64,000 nt of DNA from Nitriliruptoraceae bacterium (GTDB lineage Bacteria > Actinomycetota > Nitriliruptoria > Nitriliruptorales > Nitriliruptoraceae). The stretch is from positions 8,701-72,700 of the forward strand of contig SLHP01000006.1 of assembly GCA_007136095.1 (NCBI GenBank), written 5' to 3'. Each line of letters opens with the position of its first letter. Position 1 is the first letter of the stretch. The notes under the pieces are model-generated. The model did no database searches, was not told where the DNA came from, and saw only the letters and a list, made by a program, of their open reading frames with translations. Below, piece by piece: positions 17,005 through 24,846 of this stretch. The translations under genes and the position numbers were made by a program.

Positions 17005-17205
17005 TCAGATCGAGACCGAGCATCCGTTCCATGCAGCGCAGGTGTCGGGCGTGCACACCGGCGCGCCCCCGCTGGTCCTGCCGACCCAGCGGGTGGTGCC
17101 GCGGGTGTCGTCCACGATCTTGGGGCTCGTCTCCGTCGGTCCACCGTAGAGGTCGTCGCGCGGGCCGTCACGGACGAGATCCAAGCTGCGCCCGACCGAC
17201 GTCAT
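17005..17205 (-). CDS. Small hypothetical protein, 66 aa, Cys/Ser/Thr-rich C-terminus
   Basis: By hand count, GC at codon position 3 is about 89% against about 65% at position 2, matching the coding signature of this genome. Sequence: MTSVGRSLDLVRDGPRDDLYGGPTETSPKIVDDTRGTTRWVGRTSGGAPVCTPDTCAAWNGCSVSI. The SD is weak or too close. No homolog recognised. Confidence 0.4.
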   Translation of the reverse strand: MTSVGRSLDLVRDGPRDDLYGGPTETSPKIVDDTRGTTRWVGRTSGGAPVCTPDTCAAWNGCSVSI

Positions 17206-17282
17206 CCTCTCGTCCCGATCGTCCGGTTTTCGGGACAGACAATGGCTTGTGGGGTTCTGTCGAGCGTGCGGTAGCGGCGGCG

Positions 17283-18527
17283 TCACGCGAGCCGACCACG
17301 TCGGTGGTCGGCCAGCAGCCCGATACCGCAGGCGATGAACATCGCGGTCCCTGCCGTGAGCCATGCCGTGGCGTACCCCGGACCGTCGGCCAACCAGCCG
17401 AAGGCGATCGGACCCGTGGCGCCGCCGGTCGCCAGGCCGGCCAACACCGTTCCGGCGGCACCGGCGGGACGCGATGGCTGGGTGCGGACCGCGGCCAGGA
17501 AGATGAGCCCCGTCCAGCCCCACCCGCCGCCGATGGCCAGGACAGCGCCGAGCAGGGTCATCGCTGTCCCGCCGAACGACAGGGCGATCAAGCCGGCGGT
17601 CCCGACCGCCATCAGCAGCGCCGTGAAGCGGATCTCCACCCCGGTCATCCGATCCGCCAGAACCCCGGCGGTGAGACGCACGCAGATGCCGACGATGCTC
17701 GCACCGGCGAGCAGGAAGCCGGCGGGTGACTCGGCGAGCCCCCCGGCCACCGCAGCGGGCACCAGGAAGGTTGGTGTCGCCGTCGACGCCGCACCCCCGA
17801 GCCCAGCGGCGACCGCCAGCAGCAGTAACACGATCCCGGTCCCCGGAGCGGCGGCCGAGGTCGATGGCTGCCTCGAGGTGACCTGGGTCCGGGTCGGCGA
17901 GCGACGTGAGGTCCTGGTCGTGGGGCCGAGCCCGCGTGGTACGGCCAGGAGGAACACCACCGCCAGGGCGCCGGCAACCGCGAACGCCGGTCGCCACCCG
18001 AGTTGTGCACCGAGGACCGGGACCGCGAAACCGGCCAGCATGGAGGCTGCGGGGATGCTGGCCTCCTTACCGCCGAACGCGATCCCCTGACGACCCGACG
18101 GGATCGACGACGCGATAGCCCGTGCGCCGCCGGTATCGGCCATCGCGATCGCTGTTCCCCCGACGAGGAACAGCACGAACAGGACCCGGACCTCGACGCC
18201 GAAGGTGGCGACCCCGATGCTGCAGAGCGCGGCGATGACCGCGGCGGTGCGCAGGGCGGCGGTCGCTCCGATCCGGTCGGTGAGGTGCCCAGCAGGGATC
18301 GAACTGGCGGCCCCGGCGGCGAAGAACAGGGCCACCAGTCCCCCGATGACCGCTCCCCCGACCTCGAGGTCCGCGCCGATACGTCCGGACAGGGCGCCGA
18401 GGAGGAACATGGGCAACGTGCCCACGATCAACGCGCCGGAGGCCGTTGCGATCGTCCGCCCCGGCCCGACGCTGGATGTCTGCGCCGCAGGCGATGTCCC
18501 AGCTGGGACGTCGGCCTCCTCGGTCAC
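17283..18527 (-). CDS. MFS transporter
   Basis: About 12 predicted TM segments, Gly/Ala/Leu-rich, typical MFS architecture. The start is set at the GTG overlapping the upstream stop (GTGA); the ORF opens at 18590. Confidence 0.75.
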   Translation of the reverse strand: MTEEADVPAGTSPAAQTSSVGPGRTIATASGALIVGTLPMFLLGALSGRIGADLEVGGAVIGGLVALFFAAGAASSIPAGHLTDRIGATAALRTAAVIAALCSIGVATFGVEVRVLFVLFLVGGTAIAMADTGGARAIASSIPSGRQGIAFGGKEASIPAASMLAGFAVPVLGAQLGWRPAFAVAGALAVVFLLAVPRGLGPTTRTSRRSPTRTQVTSRQPSTSAAAPGTGIVLLLLAVAAGLGGAASTATPTFLVPAAVAGGLAESPAGFLLAGASIVGICVRLTAGVLADRMTGVEIRFTALLMAVGTAGLIALSFGGTAMTLLGAVLAIGGGWGWTGLIFLAAVRTQPSRPAGAAGTVLAGLATGGATGPIAFGWLADGPGYATAWLTAGTAMFIACGIGLLADHRRGRLA

Positions 18528-19366
18528 GTGATCGTCCGGTACCGGCGGACCGCCAACGGGATGACGATGGCCAGCAGCCCGACACACCACGCGATGGTCA
18601 GCAGCGCAGGGCGGAGAGCCTCGCCACCGATCGACAGGGCGCGGGCCGCATCCGCAGCGTGGGTCAGGGGGCTCTGTGCGGCGAAGGTGGCGAGCCAGTC
18701 CGGCATCGTCTCCAACGGCACGAAGATCGAGCTGGCGAACACCATCGGGAAGACGATGACGAAGCCCGCCGTCTGGGCCGCCTCAGCACCCGGGACGTGC
18801 AGTGCCATCCAGCAGAACAGCCAGCTCATCAGGTAGCCGAACAGAGCGACGACGAGGATGGCGCCGATCGCACCAAGGACCCCCTGGGTGAAGCGGAACC
18901 CGATGAGGTAGCCGACGGCGATCATCAGCACGATCACGGCCAGCGACCGGACGAGGTCCGCCAGGGTCCGTCCGGCGAGGACCGCGGCGCGTGACATCGG
19001 CATGGACCGGAACCGGTCGACGACGCCCCGCTCCAGGTCCTCGGCCAGGCCGACGGCCGTCTGTGTCGATCGGAACGCCGCTGACTGTACGAACAGGCCG
19101 GGCAGCAGGAAGTCGATGTACTCGGTGCCCTCGGGCAGCGCCACGGTCGCGATCCCGCCGAACACGAACGCGAACAGCACGACGAACATGACGGGCTGGA
19201 TCGTGGAGAACACCAGCAGCCGGGGCTGGCGCATGAAGTGGCGCAGGTTGCGCTTGGTGACCGTCCAGGTGTCCCGCGCCTGCCAGTACACACGGGCGGC
19301 GGGTGACGTCGGTGCCCTGGGATCCGATGGGCGGGGCTCCTCGGCGGGTCGTTCGGTGATCGTCAT
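18524..19366 (-). CDS. ABC-2 type transporter permease (DrrB-like)
   Basis: Six-TM ABC-2 pattern (RNLRHFMRQPRLLVFSTIQPVMFVVLF...). It has an ATGA overlap with the upstream ATPase gene. Confidence 0.8.
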   Translation of the reverse strand: MTITERPAEEPRPSDPRAPTSPAARVYWQARDTWTVTKRNLRHFMRQPRLLVFSTIQPVMFVVLFAFVFGGIATVALPEGTEYIDFLLPGLFVQSAAFRSTQTAVGLAEDLERGVVDRFRSMPMSRAAVLAGRTLADLVRSLAVIVLMIAVGYLIGFRFTQGVLGAIGAILVVALFGYLMSWLFCWMALHVPGAEAAQTAGFVIVFPMVFASSIFVPLETMPDWLATFAAQSPLTHAADAARALSIGGEALRPALLTIAWCVGLLAIVIPLAVRRYRTIT

Positions 19367-20403
19367 GCCACACCTTCCTCGGTGCCGGATGCGGTGCCTT
19401 CGGGCGGCGAGGTCGCGCTGGGGTCGCCCCCGGTCAACTGCAGGAAGACGTCGTCCAGGGTCGGTCGGCGCAGACCCACGTCACGGACCCTGATCTCCGC
19501 GTCCCGGAGGGCCAGCGAGACCCGCGACAGAGCCTGCAGCGCGTCACCTGCGGGGACAGACACCCGCAGGTTGCGATCACCCTGGCCGAGGTCGGCGTCC
19601 GGCACGGCCCGGCATGCCGCTGGGCGCTGAGCCGCGTCCGTCAGGACGATGTCGACCACCTGCCCACCGATCTCGTCCTTGAGGTCGTCACCGGTCCCCT
19701 CGGCGATGATGTGACCGTGGTCGATGACCGCGATGCGGTCGGCGAGTTGGTCGGCTTCCTCGAGGTACTGGGTCGTGAGCAGCAGCGTGGTGCCCTCAGC
19801 CACCAACTCGCGGGTGATGTCCCAGATGGCCGATCGTGAGCGTGGGTCGAGCCCCGTGGTCGGCTCGTCGAGGAAGAGCAGACGCGGTCGGATCAGGAGG
19901 CTCGAAGCGAGATCGAGGCGACGGCGCATCCCCCCGGAGTAGGTGCGCGCCGGACGGTCACCTGCGACCGCCAGGTCGAAGCGTTCCAGCAGGTCGTCGG
20001 CACGTCGAGCGGCCTCGCGGCGACTGAGGTGGAACAGCTCACCGAACATGCGCAGGTTCTCGCGTCCCGTCAGCAGTTCGTCCACCGCGGCGTACTGGCC
20101 GGTGAGCCCGATCAGGCGTCGCACCGTGCTCGCCTCGGTGACGACGTCATGACCGAAGATCCGCGCCGAGCCGGTATCGGGACGCAGCAGGGTGACCAGG
20201 ACACGGACCAGCGTGGTCTTCCCGGCCCCGTTGGGTCCCAACAGCCCGAGGACCTCGCCCTCGGCCACGGCCAGATCGACACCCGACAGCGCCACGGTGT
20301 CACCGAACCGCTTCTGGACGTCGTCGACGACGACCGCGGGAGCATCAGGCACGAATCCCTCCGTCACGGGTGGCTGGGGCCGGGGCGAGGGCACCCGCAT
20401 CAC
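19363..20403 (-). CDS. ABC transporter ATP-binding protein (DrrA-like)
   Basis: Walker A GPNGAGKTT, signature YSGGMRRRL, Walker B LLFLDEPTTGLD. Confidence 0.88.
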   Translation of the reverse strand: MMRVPSPRPQPPVTEGFVPDAPAVVVDDVQKRFGDTVALSGVDLAVAEGEVLGLLGPNGAGKTTLVRVLVTLLRPDTGSARIFGHDVVTEASTVRRLIGLTGQYAAVDELLTGRENLRMFGELFHLSRREAARRADDLLERFDLAVAGDRPARTYSGGMRRRLDLASSLLIRPRLLFLDEPTTGLDPRSRSAIWDITRELVAEGTTLLLTTQYLEEADQLADRIAVIDHGHIIAEGTGDDLKDEIGGQVVDIVLTDAAQRPAACRAVPDADLGQGDRNLRVSVPAGDALQALSRVSLALRDAEIRVRDVGLRRPTLDDVFLQLTGGDPSATSPPEGTASGTEEGVA

Positions 20404-20448
20404 GATGGTGGCTCACGCTACCGGTGGCGGTCCCCGCTGTTGTCGGCG

Positions 20449-20462
20449 CGCGAAGCTTCGCG
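20449..20462. promoter_or_regulatory. 14-nt perfect palindrome between the XRE-cupin gene and the drrAB-like operon
   Basis: CGCGAAGCTTCGCG lies in the 82-bp gap upstream of the ABC ATPase start. It could be an operator or a terminator hairpin. Confidence 0.25.
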
Positions 20463-20485
20463 TCGGCTCATCCTCGTGGCACCAC

Positions 20486-21079
20486 TCAGGAGTACTCGAT
20501 GATCAGTACGGCCTTGGTGTCCGTCTCCAGCGCATCGTAGATATGGGGGACGTCACCGGGGAAGCTCGCGAGGTCACCAACCTCGAGATGGACCGGTTGC
20601 TCACGCGGCCCGACGCGGAGTCGGCCACGGGTCACGAGGACATGTTCGGTGGTGCCACCGGTGTGCGCAGCGGCGTCCCGGCCGCCGGTCGGGGCCAGAC
20701 TCAGGGCGTAGACCTCGACCCGTGCCCCGTGTGCGGTGGTGGCCAGCAGGCGCGCCATCATCCCGGCATCTTCGCTGTCGACCCTCGGTCCCTCGTCGGC
20801 ACGCACGACCCTGACGGACGGGGTTGGAGGCTCGAGCAGGGCGCCGAACGGTACGTCGAGTGCCCGGGCGAGCGCCCAGAGCGTCTCGATCCCGGGGTTC
20901 GCGTCGCCGGACTCGATGGCGTGCAGGGTCGATTTCCCGATCCCGGCCGCGTTGGCCACGTCCGCGAGACTCCGCCCCGTCCGGGACCGGAGGTCGGACA
21001 CGGTCGCCGCGATGCGTGTCCGCAACTCTCCGGGATCCGGTGGGTCAACGACCCGCGGATGCTGGTGTCCGGGTCCCAT
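20486..21079 (-). CDS. XRE-family HTH regulator with C-terminal cupin domain
   Basis: HTH SLADVANAAGIGKSTLHAIESGDANPGIETLWALARALDVPFGAL followed by a cupin-like beta region (HTGGTTEHVLVTRGRLRV...). The start is set at MGPGHQ (21079); alternatives exist up to 21184. Confidence 0.8.
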   Translation of the reverse strand: MGPGHQHPRVVDPPDPGELRTRIAATVSDLRSRTGRSLADVANAAGIGKSTLHAIESGDANPGIETLWALARALDVPFGALLEPPTPSVRVVRADEGPRVDSEDAGMMARLLATTAHGARVEVYALSLAPTGGRDAAAHTGGTTEHVLVTRGRLRVGPREQPVHLEVGDLASFPGDVPHIYDALETDTKAVLIIEYS

Positions 21080-21192
21080 GTCCCCTCCCCTGGTCGGCCC
21101 TGGCGTGCGGTCCATCGACATCCTGCGCCCACACCACGCCCGATCACGCGGCCATCCCGTGCGCCGTACGCCCGTCCGGTTCACCGAACGTG

Positions 21193-21210
21193 CATGTCGG
21201 CGTCGACATG
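21193..21210. promoter_or_regulatory. Inverted repeat (candidate operator) in the divergent XRE-cupin / azlC region
   Basis: CATGTCG gcgt CGACATG is flanked by TGCAT repeats and ends 17 nt before the azlC ATG. Confidence 0.25.
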
Positions 21211-21226
21211 TGCATCATACCGGACG

Positions 21227-22003
21227 ATGTGGTCGCTCTCCCGGACGCTCCGAGCGTCGATGGATGGGTCGGTACTCGCCAAGGCGATACCGGTCGGCTT
21301 CGCCGTGGCTGCCTACGGCGTCTCCTACGGCGTCCTGGCGGTGGCCGCCGGGCTCTCGCCCCTGCTGGCCACCGTGTCGAGCCTGCTCGTGCTCGCCGGC
21401 GGGTCGCAGTTCGCGTTCGTGGGGGTGCTCGCCGCGGGCGGCACACCGCTGATGGGCGCTGCGAGCGGCCTGCTGCTCAACCTGCGCTTCATCGCCTTCG
21501 GCGTGGCCATCGCCCGGCACCTGCCGGCCGGTTCCCTGGCTCGCCGGGCCCTCGACAGCTACTACGTCGTCGATGAGCCGGTCGCCCTCGCACTGTCGGG
21601 TCCGGACCATGACGTGGTGCGTCGCTTCCGGATCACCGGGGTGACCCTGGTGATCGCCTGGGTCGGCGCGACCGCGATCGGTGCCTACGGCGGCGCGCTC
21701 CTCGGAGATCCGAGAACCTGGGGACTGGACGCCGCGTTCCCCGCTGGCTTCCTCGCCCTCCTGGCGCCGTGGCTCCGGCGCCGTTCCGGACAGGTAGCCG
21801 CCGCGATCGGTGTGCTGGTCGCGATCCTGCTGACACCGTTCGCACCTCCGGGTGTGCCGGTCATCGCTGGCGGTTTCGGCGCATTGGTGGCACTGCGCTT
21901 CACGGACACCCCGGCGTCGCTGCCGATCGCGGCGTCGAGCGACGATGCCGGATCGCAGACATCCGCGTACGAACACTCCCCGACCCGTGGGGGTTCGTCA
22001 TAA
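21227..22003 (+). CDS. azlC: AzlC-family branched-chain amino acid exporter subunit
   Basis: AzlC pattern (GFAVAAYGVSYGVLA...LLVLAGGSQFAFVG...LLLNLRFIAFGVA). The start was chosen inside a 603-aa high-GC ORF. Confidence 0.8.
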   Translation: MWSLSRTLRASMDGSVLAKAIPVGFAVAAYGVSYGVLAVAAGLSPLLATVSSLLVLAGGSQFAFVGVLAAGGTPLMGAASGLLLNLRFIAFGVAIARHLPAGSLARRALDSYYVVDEPVALALSGPDHDVVRRFRITGVTLVIAWVGATAIGAYGGALLGDPRTWGLDAAFPAGFLALLAPWLRRRSGQVAAAIGVLVAILLTPFAPPGVPVIAGGFGALVALRFTDTPASLPIAASSDDAGSQTSAYEHSPTRGGSS

Positions 22004-22308
22004 TCGTCCTCGCCATCATCGTCCTGGCCGTCGGGACCTACGCCTGCAAGGCGGTCGGTCCCCTGCTCGCCGCCGGGCGGGACCTGTCACCGGGGGTGCA
22101 GCGTCTCACCGACCTCTTGCCCGCCGCCCTGTTGGCGGCGTTGGTCGCCACCCAGACCCTGGCGATGGAGACATCGCTGGTCCTCGACGCACGAGCGGTC
22201 GGCGTGGGTGCTGCGGCGATCGCGGTCTGGCTGCGGGCACCGTTCGCGATCGTGGTGCTGATCGGCGCCGGTGTCACGGCGTTGACACGGCTGCTCGGCT
22301 GGGAGTGA
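22000..22308 (+). CDS. azlD: AzlD-family membrane protein; start codon unresolved
   Basis: The hydrophobic ~100-aa product (VIIVLAIIVLAVGTYACKAVGPLL...) immediately follows azlC. No in-frame ATG, GTG or TTG exists between 21961 and the first TM helix, so the 5' coordinate is approximate. Confidence 0.55.
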   Translation: MIVLAIIVLAVGTYACKAVGPLLAAGRDLSPGVQRLTDLLPAALLAALVATQTLAMETSLVLDARAVGVGAAAIAVWLRAPFAIVVLIGAGVTALTRLLGWE

Positions 22309-22338
22309 CCCGAACGTGACCGTGCTGCAGGCCCCGCG

Positions 22339-22797
22339 TCAGCGCTGCTCGCGGTCGTAGGCCGACGCGAGGCTGTCGGCGTACTCGTTCCACCGGTTCC
22401 CCGCGTGGGCCTTGATCCACGTCACGGTGAGTTCCGGCCGCTCCTGGAGCGCCTCGTACAGGGGTTCGACGAGGTCGAGGTTCTCGACGGGGCCGGTCTT
22501 GCGACGCCAGCCCTTGGCCTTCCATCCGGGCGCCCATTCGTTCACCGTCTTCACCGCGAGGTTCGAATCGGTGTAGATGGTGGCCGGTGTTCCCTCGGGG
22601 ACCAGATCGAGCGCAGCGAGCAGGGCCCGGAGTTCCATGCGGTTGTTGGTGGTGTCCGGATCCGTCCCGCTGGCTTCCGCGACGATCTGGCCATCGACGA
22701 CGTAGACCGCACCCCACCCGCCGGGTCCCGGGTTGGGGTTGGCCGACCCGTCGGTGAAGACCCCCGACTGCGGCCCGTCCTCGTAGGTCTCCAACAC
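22339..22797 (-). CDS. rnhA: Ribonuclease HI
   Basis: VFTDGSANPNPGPGGWGAV...TNNRMELRALLAAL...IYTDSNL...W.......N.DL.......V.W.KAHAGN..NE.AD matches the DEDD RNase H core. The first canonical start is GTG at 22797 (see the finding on upstream extension). Confidence 0.88.
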   Translation of the reverse strand: MLETYEDGPQSGVFTDGSANPNPGPGGWGAVYVVDGQIVAEASGTDPDTTNNRMELRALLAALDLVPEGTPATIYTDSNLAVKTVNEWAPGWKAKGWRRKTGPVENLDLVEPLYEALQERPELTVTWIKAHAGNRWNEYADSLASAYDREQR

Positions 22798-22994
22798 CTC
22801 AGCCAGCGTGAGGTTCTGGGCCGCTGGTGCCCGACCGCGTGGCCGTGGCTTGCCGCCGCCCTTCTGGCCGGAGCCACGGAAACACGCCGGACACTGCCGT
22901 GGCGTCCACCCTGGATACCGCTCAAGGAGGTCCGGCGACGGCGTGAAGGACCTGCCGCAGGTCGCGCACGTCGGCGATGCGGATGTGCTGGCGA

Positions 22995-23261
22995 TCAGGG
23001 CAGCCGACGCTCGCTCGGCAGCAGACGACTGCCGAAGACCTCTTTGGTGTAGCGGCTGGGCGACCCGCGGGAGATGATGAACTCCGCGGGGTCAGCTTCG
23101 AGGTCGAAACCGACCACCAGTTGACAGCTGTCGCACTGGTACTTGCCGAGTCCGCTCGCACCCCCGAGCAGCTGTTGCCGATCGTCGCAGCGCGTGCAGG
23201 ATCGGGAATCGGGCACCTCAACGAGTGCGGTGCCTCCGGCTGTCAGCTTCGTGGTATCCAT
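22995..23261 (-). CDS. Small zinc-ribbon protein (CxxC-17-CxxC), hypothetical
   Basis: MDTTKLTAGGTALVEVPDSRSCTRCDD...YQCDSCQLVVGFDLEADPAEFII. It lies between the methyltransferase and rnhA on the same strand. An alternative start is at 23288. Confidence 0.5.
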   Translation of the reverse strand: MDTTKLTAGGTALVEVPDSRSCTRCDDRQQLLGGASGLGKYQCDSCQLVVGFDLEADPAEFIISRGSPSRYTKEVFGSRLLPSERRLP

Positions 23262-23323
23262 GGGTGCATCGTACCCCCGCCGGCCCATCCCGGTGGAAAC
23301 CTGCGTCGCTACGCACAAGGCCC

Positions 23324-24505
23324 CTACCGGGCATGTGGTGGGACGGACAGGATCGCGACCGCGCCAACATCCAGACGAACCACGTCAAGTCGACGTCCCT
23401 GTGGGCCCCGTGGTGGCCGGCCGATCGCACGCCACAGCGCGTCCAGATCCCCCGACCATCCGTGGCTCGCGAGTTCCAACGGATGCTCGTCATGCAGACG
23501 CAACCACCGGCGGATCTCCTTGGCCCGCACGCTGAGCACGGTCTCCACCGACCTGGTGCGGTACCACTCGGAAGGGTCCGGGAGCGTGTCTGCCGTGAGG
23601 AGCGCCCGTCGTTCAGCGAGCCGCCATGCCCCGATCTCCTCGCCGATGACCGTGTGCAGTCGCGCGCGGATAGCCGCGGAACTCACCTCGATCAGGTGGT
23701 GGCCGACCGGCCCCACCGGCAGGACCGGAACGGCGCCCGAGCGTTCACGGCGCTCGCCCGAGGGCAGCAGGGTCGCCGAGGCGTGCACGCCCGGGATCGC
23801 GGTCGCGCCGATCCATGCAACAGCTTCCGTGAGCGCGCCATCGAGAGCCACGAACTCCAATTCGGCGTCCGGTAGATCAGGATCCACGAGGTCGATCGCA
23901 GGCGACAGCACGATCCCCAGTCCTGGTGCGCGCCGGTGGCGGTCGACCAACGTGGGGACCGACGGGCGATGATCCCGGAGGGCGCGGAGGCGTCGTTCAC
24001 CGTCTCGGCGGGACGGATCCGCATGGACCCAGGTATCGGCCGGAGGTGTCGCAAGCAACGCATCGGCGGCCATCGTCGCGACGTCCAGACCGCGGATCGC
24101 GGCGTTGTGGCGCAGCAGGTGCAGGCGTCCGACATCCAGGTCCACGCTGATCACGGATGGGACCCGCTCCCCCAGCGCCAGGGTGTCCCCGCCGATCCCA
24201 GCGCACAGGTCCATCACCGAACGAGTGCCCTGGAAGCGTCGTGCCCTCCACCGGGAGACCTCGGGGTCGCTGGCCTGTTCGAGCGCCTCACGCGTGAAGA
24301 GGAGGCGGTCAGCATCCGGCCACCGCTCCCGCGCACGTCGACGCGCGACGCCAGCTCCGATCGCCGCGGTCGACAACTCGGAGGCCCGTCCCCCGGCGCG
24401 TAGTCGGCTCGCGATACGCAGCGGTAACTCACCATCGTCGAGCCATGTGGTGACCTCGTCCACGGTGGCGAGGCCGTCATCGGACACCAGCCAGACCGCG
24501 GTCAC
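23324..24505 (-). CDS. Class I SAM-dependent methyltransferase with THUMP-like C-terminal region
   Basis: SAM-binding motif I VMDLCAGIGGDTLALG followed by the acidic loop SVDLD. Length and layout match the conserved actinobacterial family. Confidence 0.7.
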   Translation of the reverse strand: MTAVWLVSDDGLATVDEVTTWLDDGELPLRIASRLRAGGRASELSTAAIGAGVARRRARERWPDADRLLFTREALEQASDPEVSRWRARRFQGTRSVMDLCAGIGGDTLALGERVPSVISVDLDVGRLHLLRHNAAIRGLDVATMAADALLATPPADTWVHADPSRRDGERRLRALRDHRPSVPTLVDRHRRAPGLGIVLSPAIDLVDPDLPDAELEFVALDGALTEAVAWIGATAIPGVHASATLLPSGERRERSGAVPVLPVGPVGHHLIEVSSAAIRARLHTVIGEEIGAWRLAERRALLTADTLPDPSEWYRTRSVETVLSVRAKEIRRWLRLHDEHPLELASHGWSGDLDALWRAIGRPPRGPQGRRLDVVRLDVGAVAILSVPPHAR

Positions 24506-24672
24506 TTCGTCGAGTTCCTGCAGGGTCCGGCTCCTGGCGGCGCGTCGGTTCGCCAGACCTTATCGACCAGCCATGTCGGAGATGGTGGTGGCGACGGACC
24601 GTCATGCCTAGGCTGCACATCGAGCGCCGCAGAGCGGCGATGCACGCCACTCGATGGGAGGCACCGATCATC

Positions 24673-24846
24673 ATGGCCCAAGCCAAGAAGTCACCGGCCA
24701 AGAAGGCCGCGAAGAAGTCACCGGCCAAGAAGGCCGCCAAGAAGTCACCGGCCAAGAAGGCCGCCAAGAAGTCACCGGCCAAGAAGGCCGCGAAGAAGGC
24801 CGCCAAGAAGTCTCCCGCCAAGAAGGCCGCGAAGCGATCCAGCTGA
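24673..24846 (+). CDS. Histone H1-like Lys/Ala-rich repeat protein (57 aa)
   Basis: MAQA followed by five KKSPAKKAA units (one 4-aa KKAA insertion between units 4 and 5) and a short KRSS tail. GGGAGG lies 9 nt upstream of the ATG; the ORF opens at 24604. Confidence 0.7.
   Translation: MAQAKKSPAKKAAKKSPAKKAAKKSPAKKAAKKSPAKKAAKKAAKKSPAKKAAKRSS
24685..24831 (+). repeat. Tandem 27-bp coding repeat (4 near-perfect units plus one variant unit after a 12-bp insert)
   Basis: Units AAGAAGTCACCGGCCAAGAAGGCCGC[G/C] are at 24685, 24712, 24739 and 24766. The variant unit is at 24805-24831. Confidence 0.9.

Noticed and set aside
17005-17205. Calling the small Cys-rich ORF a lasso-peptide or lanthipeptide precursor.
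   Set aside because: The core-rule match (T at -2, G1, D9) is suggestive. No maturation enzymes (lasso B/C, LanB/C/M/KC, RRE) are present in the window, so it is reported only as a hypothesis.
13800-21200. Integrated mobile element or genomic island covering the accessory-looking region.
   Set aside because: I recognised no integrase, transposase, recombinase, flanking tRNA or long direct repeats. Only a compositional dip and a TA pair are present, so it is reported as an anomaly rather than a mobile element.
22990-23100. Programmed ribosomal frameshift joining the small Zn-ribbon ORF to the rnhA frame.
   Set aside because: I found no X XXY YYZ slippery heptamer in the overlap. A +1 slip at CCC TGA enters the third frame, which stops after 23 codons, not the rnhA frame. 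The CTGA reinitiation idea is kept as a finding instead.
24685-24831. 27-bp tandem repeats considered as a CRISPR-like or minisatellite array, with antisense ORFs reading [18 protein letters not shown].
   Set aside because: The repeats are contiguous with no spacers. They are in frame with an SD-preceded ATG and encode a coherent KKSPAKKAA protein. The antisense ORFs are mirror artefacts.
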